A DNA stretch of 64,000 nt, from assembly GCA_964610125.1 (NCBI GenBank), contig CAZSUV010000001.1, positions 184,035 through 248,034 of the forward strand. Direction: 5' to 3'. The DNA is from an uncultured Candidatus Saccharibacteria bacterium (GTDB taxonomy: Bacteria; Patescibacteriota; Dojkabacteria; SC72). A program made the translations under genes and the position numbers. Positions 29,854 through 38,900 of this stretch are shown here, piece after piece (position 1 is the stretch's first letter; every line of letters starts with the position of its first letter). The notes under the pieces were generated by a model. That model did not search any database and had not been told where the DNA came from. It worked only from the letters and a program-made list of their open reading frames with translations.

Positions 29854-31481
29854 TATATCTCTTTCCCCATATACAACCTCCCCATTTCAAAACCTCTCTT
29901 CTTGTAATATTCTCTAGTCCCAATAGCAGAAATAACCGAAATTCTCTGTATCTTCTCTTTCTTAGTAATCTCTTCTGCCATCTCAATAAGTTTTTTACCT
30001 AATCCTAAGTGTTGAGATTCCCCAGAACTATCAATATCCAAACTCATAACCCTACCATATACATGAACCTCTCTGATTATGGAAGAATCCCTTAATTCCT
30101 CTACAAAGTTATTCTTCCTCTCCTTAGCATTAGGTATAGACAACCTCAAAAACCCACAAATCCTATCCGTCCCCTTAGTCTTGTAAGAAAGGAAAAATTC
30201 TTTCCCAGTAGAAGTATCATACTTCATAGTTTCCAACTCCAAATCATCCCAACTTACATGCTCATTCCGTATCTCTCTACTACGAATATCATTCATCCTC
30301 TTCCCTTTCTTCTCAATCAACTCCTCAGCAATCTGTCTAAGGTTTGTCTTTTTGTTACCAGCCACAATCTCCTCTGAAGGAATATCCCTAATGATTCTAG
30401 ACAACCTACAATACCTAGGAGTAGTAGGCATAGTCTCAGACAAAACCATCAATAATTCATCCTCAGTATATGGCTTGTATTTACCATCCTCGTACAATTT
30501 AAAAAGCAAAGTATTCGGAACAATGGAAGTAGGATATATCTTTAACTCATCAGGACTAAAATCCTTCTTCCAAAGCCTTTTGTAATCATTAATATCCTTC
30601 TTAACATTAGACATGTAAAGATTAGGCATCCAATGCCCATGGATCTTAAAACCACCAAGTCTAAGTAATCTAATTGCATTCTTCACACCCTTAGTAGGCC
30701 TACCAATATGGTTGGCATCTATGATTTTGTCATCAAGAGATTGAATACCAATCTGGATTTTGGTAGCACCAAGCTTTCTAAGATTGATAACCTCATCTTC
30801 AGTTATTAAATCTGGTCTGGTTTCAAACACCAATCCCACATTCCTACAGTATGCATTCTCATTAATATGTTGTGCTTCGAATAGCTCATTAACAGTAGAT
30901 AATGGTAATTCCTTTCTAGGTTGGATATATCCTTGGGTATCTCTCTGTACATCATTCATAGCATCAAAACATGTCTTAACAAAAGATATCTTGTATTCCT
31001 CTTGATATGCAGACCAAGAACCACCTAATACAAGTAATTCTACCTTCTCAATATTATGTCCAATATTCTTTAATGCAATGAGTCTGTTGTATACCTGAGC
31101 ATATGGATCAAAGCAGTTACTTAGAGCTCTCTGTGCCCCTGGCTCAGAGGAAATATAGCTCTTGGGCATACTTGGGTCATTAGGACAGAATATACATCTA
31201 CCAGGGCAAGGGTAGGGTTTAGAGAGTACTGTAACTGTAGCTACACCAGAGTTGGTTCTAGTAGGTTTTAGTCTAATTCTTTCTTCTACGGTTTTGTCCT
31301 TTATTCCAAGATATTCATACCCGTTTACTAATTCATCATGTCTAAAGAGTTTGTTTCCATCCTTAGGATATTTCTTTAATATAGTTTGTAATGTGTCTGT
31401 TCTCCAATTGGTTGAAGCCTTAATTAAGGAAAATATATTCTCTAATTCAATTTTGTAATTTTCGGGTTTAAAGTTCTTCAT
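29853..31481 (-). CDS. elp3: Elp3-type tRNA U34 carboxymethyltransferase (radical SAM + GNAT)
   Basis: RTNSGVATVTV, CPGRCIFCP, PKSY, ETRPD, LKIYP, IREVHVYG, QHLGLGK and ISAIGTREYY motifs. Confidence 0.95.
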   Translation of the reverse strand: MKNFKPENYKIELENIFSLIKASTNWRTDTLQTILKKYPKDGNKLFRHDELVNGYEYLGIKDKTVEERIRLKPTRTNSGVATVTVLSKPYPCPGRCIFCPNDPSMPKSYISSEPGAQRALSNCFDPYAQVYNRLIALKNIGHNIEKVELLVLGGSWSAYQEEYKISFVKTCFDAMNDVQRDTQGYIQPRKELPLSTVNELFEAQHINENAYCRNVGLVFETRPDLITEDEVINLRKLGATKIQIGIQSLDDKIIDANHIGRPTKGVKNAIRLLRLGGFKIHGHWMPNLYMSNVKKDINDYKRLWKKDFSPDELKIYPTSIVPNTLLFKLYEDGKYKPYTEDELLMVLSETMPTTPRYCRLSRIIRDIPSEEIVAGNKKTNLRQIAEELIEKKGKRMNDIRSREIRNEHVSWDDLELETMKYDTSTGKEFFLSYKTKGTDRICGFLRLSIPNAKERKNNFVEELRDSSIIREVHVYGRVMSLDIDSSGESQHLGLGKKLIEMAEEITKKEKIQRISVISAIGTREYYKKRGFEMGRLYMGKEI

Positions 31482-31528
31482 TATTCTGATATCCTTGTAT
31501 TATCTAATATTTTAACCAATCTAGCTAC

Positions 31529-32137
31529 ATGAATAGACCTAAACTTGCAGAAGAGAGAACATTAATCTTGGTAAAACCAGATGTGCTTCAAAGACAAATC
31601 TTTGGAGAAATACTATCACGATTCGAAAGAAAGGGTTTTAAAATTGTTGCAATGAAGATGCTCAATGCAAGCAAGGAACAAGTTGGAGAACACTATATTG
31701 ATAACGATACATATTCTATTGAAACTGGTGAGAAAGCTAAGAAAGGCGCGATATCTAGAGGTCAGGATGTTTCAGATTGGAACTCATTGGAGTGGGGAAG
31801 AATTATTAGAAAAAGAAATATTGCATATCTAACTGCTGGTCCAATTGTAGCTATGGTTCTTGAGGGGAATGGTGTAATTGGCGGAGTTAGGAAGATCCTT
31901 GGTAGTACAAGCCCTTCTGATGGAGATGTTGGTACTGTTAGAGATGACTATTCATTTGATAACTATGCATTAGCGGATGTAGTATCTCGAGCTACTAGAA
32001 CGATGCTTCATGCTTCTGATTCTCCTGAGAGTGCAGAGAGGGAGATCAAGATATGGTTTAACAAAGATGAAATATGCAGTAACTACGAAACAGTAGCAGA
32101 GAAAATATTCTATGATTCTGGATGGGACAATATCTAG
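31529..32137 (+). CDS. ndk: Nucleoside-diphosphate kinase
   Basis: ERTLILVKPD, GTVRDDY and catalytic HASDS motifs. Confidence 0.93.
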   Translation: MNRPKLAEERTLILVKPDVLQRQIFGEILSRFERKGFKIVAMKMLNASKEQVGEHYIDNDTYSIETGEKAKKGAISRGQDVSDWNSLEWGRIIRKRNIAYLTAGPIVAMVLEGNGVIGGVRKILGSTSPSDGDVGTVRDDYSFDNYALADVVSRATRTMLHASDSPESAEREIKIWFNKDEICSNYETVAEKIFYDSGWDNI

Positions 32138-32785
32138 TTACATACTTAGAATATCATCAATATCTTTCTTTTTACTCTTTGAGAAAGCAGTAGATTCTGG
32201 TATTTCATTCTTGTTTAATTCTCCTCCGTTATCTAGGTAATCTTTAAGTTTTTTAAAATCTTCTTTTAGTACATCTCTAAGATTGGGATTGTAGAGAGCT
32301 ACAGCAGGATGATACATTGCAAATACAGGTAGGCCACTTGGATGTTCAAAAGGTAATCCATGAGAAGCAGATATCTTCGCACCAGGTACAAATCTCTCAA
32401 ATGCATGTCTTCCTAGAGGTATTAATATCTTTGGCTTTATGAACATTAATTCTGCATTTAACCATACTCTACAACTATTCTTTTCCTCATCAGTTGGTTC
32501 TCTGTTTTCAGGTGGTCTGTATTTTACAGTGTTAGAGACATATACCTCTTCTCTTGTGAATCCAATACTTTGAAGTAGTTCATTTAAAAACTTTCCTGCA
32601 GCTCCCACAAATGGTTTCCCTTGTAGATCTTCATTTTTACCCGGTGCTTCTCCAATGAATACAATGCCTGAAGTAGGGGGAGTTATTTCGTATACCGGTT
32701 GTGTAGCTATTTTCCTTAATCCACATCGGTTATTTACTGCGTAGTATTCGTGTAGTTCTTTTAGTGTTTGGAAATCGGTTTTCAT
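32138..32785 (-). CDS. Family 4 uracil-DNA glycosylase
   Basis: FIGEAPGKNED, PFVGAAG, RPPENR and YHPA motifs. Confidence 0.92.
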   Translation of the reverse strand: MKTDFQTLKELHEYYAVNNRCGLRKIATQPVYEITPPTSGIVFIGEAPGKNEDLQGKPFVGAAGKFLNELLQSIGFTREEVYVSNTVKYRPPENREPTDEEKNSCRVWLNAELMFIKPKILIPLGRHAFERFVPGAKISASHGLPFEHPSGLPVFAMYHPAVALYNPNLRDVLKEDFKKLKDYLDNGGELNKNEIPESTAFSKSKKKDIDDILSM

Positions 32786-32828
32786 ATATATTGATTATAT
32801 ATGATTGTTTTAGAGTAGAGAAGTTTTT

Positions 32829-34703
32829 TTACTTTACACCCGACAGTAAATTCTTAAAACTATCCATACTTCCAAATGCATGAACTCTGGAAAGCGTAAG
32901 CGCATGTCCCGGATAGTTATCTATTGTAGAACCACAACTAACCGCTATGGTATATCCAGCACTAGCAACATATGACAAAGTCGTTGAGTTATATCCACAA
33001 CCAGGATAGCAGAAGGAGGTTACAGGTTTTCCAGTAGCGCTTTGTAATGCATATCTACTTGAGATAATTTCAGCAGAGAGTTCGCTTGGATCTGATACTT
33101 TCGTTAAATCTGGATGATGAGCCGAATGGGAACCAATATCCATCCCATTGTCCGACATTTCCTTGGTTTGAGCTTGGTTTATACTAGATCTTTGGGAGAT
33201 AATGTAGAAAACTCCGGTTAATCCGTATTCTTTAAGAATTCTATATCCATTGGTATATTGGTTAAGTACACCATCATCAAAAGTAAGCATAACTGTTTTT
33301 TGTGTTGGATTCTTACCAGTCTTTAAAATATTTGCATATTCTTGTGTGGAAATGGTTTTGTAATTTTTTTTAACAAGGTAGGCCATTTGTTTTTCAAAAT
33401 CATGTGGATCAACATAAAGGCCAGATACAAATGAACTCTGTCCAGCAGGAACAGGAGTTATCTGATGATACATGAAGATTGGAATTCTAACCGTTCCCTT
33501 TTGCTGTGCTGTAGGGGTTACATCGTATGGTTCATCGAAGTTGTTATCATTTATCTCAAATGTTAATGAAGGTATTATAGTTTTATCTTTACTCTCAAAC
33601 GTATATATTGGAGCTATGAATGTTTTGATTTCGTTGTTAAGATTGAAAGACTTAATGAGGAAGGATATCTGAGTACTAGCCTGAGCGTAGGTGTTTTCAT
33701 TTGTCGTAAGATTGATTAGTTGATTATTCACTAAATCCTTAATAGCAGTTGGGACAGTATCACCGTATTTGTATGCAACGAGTAATCCAACTAAAGTATC
33801 TAAATCACTGATTTTCTTTTTAGTTGTATCACTAAAATTATCTAGTTTAGAATCTACTGATTCAAGGTAATTGGTTATTAATTGAATTTTATGAAGTTGA
33901 CCGTAATCTAAATCAAGATATATATCATTGGAGTATGAGTGTGGATTCTCTGATGAAGCAACTTGGGTATTCTCCTTATTTATCTGGTACATATACATTT
34001 GGTTATTTATATATGTATCATATTCATTTTTTGATTCAAGAGATTTAAACCTTAATGATGTAGTTAAAAAGTTTAAAGTAGGTAGGAATGATTCATCGTG
34101 GATTTTGACAAGCTGTTCGGCACATGTCTCTTCTCTTAGAAATGATTCAATATTTTGTGCGATACAGGTGGAAAGTTCTTTTTCAATTGATGATTCTTTT
34201 CCCATTTCTAAATATGGAATTATATCCTCATTAGATTTGTTTTCTTTAACCATGGATTGGGAGATATCTTGAAGTTCAGTTAGTACATATTGGTTAAGAT
34301 ATGATTGGGGTATGAGGATATTTAATTGACTGTCCTGAAGATATTTGTACCCATTGGTGAGATTGGTTGTATCTTTGGTTTTTAATACTTCGGAATATCG
34401 TAAGTATGTAGTTAATTCATGTGGTGTAAATGCGCCAAAGTTCTTAGTTAAAGTATCATAATCTGTAGGGAGTATTTCAAGATTGGCTAACTCTGAGAGG
34501 GAAGTAGTGTTTGCATCCTGATTGATTTTTATATCCTCTGCACTAATGGAGAATCCTTTTGAGTTGTTATGCCCTTTCGTAATGAAAAGATTGTAGTAAA
34601 GCCCAAAGAATATTATGGCTAAGATTTCAATTCCGGAGAGTACACACAGGACAATCATGGTCTTTTTGAAAAGAATTGTTCTTGGTGATTTGTTCTCTTT
34701 CAT
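32829..34703 (-). CDS. Membrane-anchored polysaccharide deacetylase (CE4)
   Basis: N-terminal TM helix; C-terminal IFMYH, TFDDG, HSAHH and CYP motifs. Confidence 0.88.
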   Translation of the reverse strand: MKENKSPRTILFKKTMIVLCVLSGIEILAIIFFGLYYNLFITKGHNNSKGFSISAEDIKINQDANTTSLSELANLEILPTDYDTLTKNFGAFTPHELTTYLRYSEVLKTKDTTNLTNGYKYLQDSQLNILIPQSYLNQYVLTELQDISQSMVKENKSNEDIIPYLEMGKESSIEKELSTCIAQNIESFLREETCAEQLVKIHDESFLPTLNFLTTSLRFKSLESKNEYDTYINNQMYMYQINKENTQVASSENPHSYSNDIYLDLDYGQLHKIQLITNYLESVDSKLDNFSDTTKKKISDLDTLVGLLVAYKYGDTVPTAIKDLVNNQLINLTTNENTYAQASTQISFLIKSFNLNNEIKTFIAPIYTFESKDKTIIPSLTFEINDNNFDEPYDVTPTAQQKGTVRIPIFMYHQITPVPAGQSSFVSGLYVDPHDFEKQMAYLVKKNYKTISTQEYANILKTGKNPTQKTVMLTFDDGVLNQYTNGYRILKEYGLTGVFYIISQRSSINQAQTKEMSDNGMDIGSHSAHHPDLTKVSDPSELSAEIISSRYALQSATGKPVTSFCYPGCGYNSTTLSYVASAGYTIAVSCGSTIDNYPGHALTLSRVHAFGSMDSFKNLLSGVK

Positions 34704-34734
34704 ACCATATTAGAATACAAAATTTTTGTTGTTT

Positions 34735-35961
34735 TTACGATACCCCAGCTAAATACCCTGTACTCCAGCATAATTGAAGGTTGTAACCTCCAGTCGGGCC
34801 ATATACATCAATTATCTCTCCTGCAAAGTAAAGGTTATCGATGATTTTTGATTTCATTGTATTTGGATCTATCTCTCTTATATCTATACCTCCGTCTGTA
34901 ACAATTGCGTTATTCCAATCTCCAATTTCAGATATGTTTAATGTTAACTCCTTCAATATATGGAGGAGTGAATTTCTTGAATCTTTAGAAAGTTGAGAAG
35001 CTTTTTCATCAGGGTTAATTTTTGAAAGTTTGATTATGACTGGAATAAGGGACGAGGGAAGTAACTTTCCTAATGAATTTTTTATTGCTTTGTTTTTTGC
35101 CTCTGATAGATCTTTGGTAATTCTTTCTTTTAATGTAGGGTAGGTGAGTGCGGGTTTTAAATCAATTAAAACTTTTACGGGCGAATTTTCAAGGAGATCT
35201 CCAATTTCTCTTGCGCAATCTATGACTATTGGCCCACTGATCCCTGTATGGGTAAAGAGTAGTTCTCCGAATTTTGAAAAGATTTTCTTTCCATTTTGAT
35301 ATATATCCATTCGGATATTTTTTAAACCTAACCCTGATAAATCTTTAACCCAAGATTCTTTTGTTGTCATTGGAACGAGTGCAGGTTTAGGTTCTATGAT
35401 TTCATGCCCTAAGGATTTTGCTAATTCATAGCCATTGCCATTTGATCCTGTAAGGGGATATGACTTTCCTCCTGTAGCTATCACATATTTATCTGCTGTA
35501 AATATTCCTTTGTTTGTTTTAATTCCTGTTATGTGGTCTTTTTCACTCAGTATTTCTTGTACGTCACAATTGAAAAGAATGTCTTCTTTGATTAAGGCAT
35601 ACATCTTCTCTATGATTTCGTATGCATCGTCACTTTCTGGAAATACTCGGTTTCCTCGTTCTACCTTTGTTTTTATATCAAGTTCTTTATTAAAAAATTT
35701 CAATGTATCTGCTACACTGAATTTAGAAAAAGCATGGTAGAGAAATTTCCCATTTTTTTTGTAACTTGAAACTAAGGTTTTTAGATTGTCTGTATTATTG
35801 GTTATATTGCATCGTCCTTTGCCTGTTATGGCCAACTTTTTTCCAATACTATTGTTTTTCTCAATTAGTAGAATTTTCTCACCTTTTTGTTTTGCAAATA
35901 TTGCAGTAAAGAGCCCTGCGGGTCCTGCTCCGATGATGATTTTTTGATATTGGTTAGACAT
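34735..35961 (-). CDS. HI0933/BaiN-family flavoprotein
   Basis: IIGAGPAG, TGKGRCNITN, ATGGKSYP and GPTGGYNLQ motifs. Confidence 0.93.
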   Translation of the reverse strand: MSNQYQKIIIGAGPAGLFTAIFAKQKGEKILLIEKNNSIGKKLAITGKGRCNITNNTDNLKTLVSSYKKNGKFLYHAFSKFSVADTLKFFNKELDIKTKVERGNRVFPESDDAYEIIEKMYALIKEDILFNCDVQEILSEKDHITGIKTNKGIFTADKYVIATGGKSYPLTGSNGNGYELAKSLGHEIIEPKPALVPMTTKESWVKDLSGLGLKNIRMDIYQNGKKIFSKFGELLFTHTGISGPIVIDCAREIGDLLENSPVKVLIDLKPALTYPTLKERITKDLSEAKNKAIKNSLGKLLPSSLIPVIIKLSKINPDEKASQLSKDSRNSLLHILKELTLNISEIGDWNNAIVTDGGIDIREIDPNTMKSKIIDNLYFAGEIIDVYGPTGGYNLQLCWSTGYLAGVS

Positions 35962-38900
35962 TGTCTCTACTATGTTTTCTTCTTTTCTTTACGAATATTG
36001 CTATGCCAATACCGGCAATGATTTCTATTCCAGCTATGATTCCAAACCAAAGGTAAGGGGTTTTCTTTAATTCAATATTTTTCTCAACAATATTTGTTTC
36101 AACTGTAAACCATTCAGTTTCTGTAGGCATATATCCCTGTGTCTCTACAACAAGTTTGTACTCTCCTGGGGTTACAAAAAATTGATATTCTCCTTGTTGG
36201 TTGGTGTATTGAGGATTGGTTGTACCATCTTTTGAAAGCCAGAGTATTTCTTGATTACTATCCTTTGTGTAAAGAGTTACCTTTGCATTCAATATTCTTA
36301 ATTCATTTGTACCATCCTTTGTATATACATATCCGTACGGATCAACTCGAAGAGCCAAAGTTATTGAAAGACTGCTGGTATTATCTTTTGATATTGCTTG
36401 TATTGTTGTAGCGTATGTTCCCTTTACACTTGGGCTATCTATTGTTGCTTTGTAGGTATCTTTTTCAGAATCATATTCCATATTGTAAGTCTGATTGTTG
36501 ACAGTGATAATTACATTTTTCAGATTGGTAGAGTTATTAGTTATGGTGCTTGCGGGGATCTCAATCTTCAATGTTTGGTTTGCATAGGTATGAATATCTC
36601 CATTATCTGTTGAATTAAGTTGTTTTTCTTCTTGTGTGGTGACAACGATTTTTTGATCTTCTTTTAGATCTTGAGATTTGATTATTTTTGTTTGTGGTTG
36701 AACAACTGGAATGACTGGTTCCGGCTCGGAAGGTGTTCCTGGTTGAGTTGGAGCTGTTACTGCGGCTGGAGTTGTAGCTTGTGCCAGTGTTCCTGATGAT
36801 TGATTCCCAATATTATCTAATGCAAATATTGTGTAGTAATATCGAGTACTAATACTTAGGTTGGTATCTGAATATGCAGAGAGTGTACCCTCGTAAACTT
36901 TTGCTCCATCAGTTGTAGAAAGAGGAACATGAGTATTATTCCTCATTAATATGACTTTAGAAAAATCAGTATTGGTTGGATTTTGCCAAGCAAGTGCAAC
37001 GGTTCTCTGTGTTGGTGTAGCTGTAAAGTTGCTCACATTTGTTGGAGCGATGGAATCGTACTTTATGACAAAGGATCTAGTCTCACTGTATGTTCCTGCA
37101 CCGTTCAAGGCTCTTACTTTGATTGTAGTTTCTCCTTCATTTTGAGCAGGAAGATCATATGATGGGGAAGTAGTGAAGTATGTATAGTTAGAGGTATTTG
37201 GAATTGAACCATCGTTTGTAATGTAGAATGTGTCTCCTGATGTTGAGTTAGGATCTGTCCAAGAAATTACAGGACCACTTTCGGTATTTTGTAATATGCC
37301 ATTGTTTGCCCCTGTTACCTCAACTATATCGACTACGGAGGAATCTATTTTCAAAGTGTATTTGTAGTATGTCGTTTTGCTTGTATTATCCTTTGCTACC
37401 AGATGTAGATACCAAATACCATTAGTTAATTCAGAAGTTGCCAGGGTATCGTTTGCTAAGGCTTGTGTTCCATCTACTAATACATCTGCAATTGTCAGTG
37501 TTTCATTTTGATTTAGTAATTTCCATACTCCGAGGATACCGCTTCCTGTATCAGAAGCGATCCAATTAACGGTTGCTGAACTATCTGGATACCAATTGGT
37601 TTGTATAGGGTTAGTTATGCTTGTTATTGAATCAAATATAGGGTCTTGTGTATCGATATTTGCAGCGTATGTTGAAAAGGCTGTGTTTCCACAATTATCT
37701 CTTGTGGCTAAGTGGAAATATGACGAGCCTTCAGTGATGTTTTGGAAGCTAATTGCATCCTCAGATATGAGGTTTCCATCTGCAATTGTGGTTACAAGGT
37801 CTGTTTCTTCATTACTATCCCATATGTACCATGTGTTTTCTATACCGCTTTCGGAATCAGAGATAGTCCAGCTAATATTTGCAGTGGTGGTTGTATACCA
37901 CGCGGATTGATTTGGATGGGTGTTACTTGTTAATGATGATATATTTGGATTTGTATTATCCGTTTTAATATTAAACGTTAAATCGGAGGTATCTACACCA
38001 CCTGTTGGCATATTTAAAATATACAGGGTATATGTATCATCAATATTTGTAACATTCGCTGTGGTTATATCTATCGATATATTTTCTCCAGAGGATATTA
38101 AATCAGTCCATTCGGTTGATTCTTCATTTGATATTTTTACATCAAAATCATTGTCTGATGGATATATATTTGTAGTGCCAAAATATATTACTTTAACCCC
38201 AGAGAAGGTGAGTACTTGATTTGAGCCTATCCAATCCCCTGAAGTAATTTGATTGGTTTGTGCATCTGTTACTGTGAGTGTTCCTATGAATGTTAATCTG
38301 TTCTCATATTTATATGTTGTAGCATTGTAACTGTATATACTTTCAGCAGCGGCCTTGTCCAATGCTTTTACCCCATATTGTATGCTAGTTCCTCGGGTCC
38401 AGTTCCAGTTTGAAGTAACATGCCATGTAACTGTAATGTCATTTGCTGTAGGTGACCCAATTGTAGTGTCGTATGTAATCCCTGAGATATATTCAGATCC
38501 AGATACGGGAGTTGGGAACTGTCCAGTTTGATTTGAACCTGTTGGGGTTATGTAATATTCAATATCTGTTCCAGCGGGATTTTTGATTTGTAGATACAAT
38601 TTGTCTAAATCAGCTGCACCATTGATATCTGAATATTTTGTTTGAATGGTTAATGCTTTTCCAGCATAGATATCCTCTGCTCCTGTGATATCTGCGTTTA
38701 GTGCAGTAGGGGCATAGTTCATTGTAAATTGAGCCGTAGTGGACCAGTTACTTTCATTCTGATATGTGTTACTGTCCCAGAACTTCATTCTCCAGTAATA
38801 TGTAGCACCTGGTTGTAAGGCTGTTCCTGCGTATGAAATATCTTGTGATTTACTTCCATTTGCAACCGCAGGTACGAGGGATGTTTTTGTAGAATCCCAC

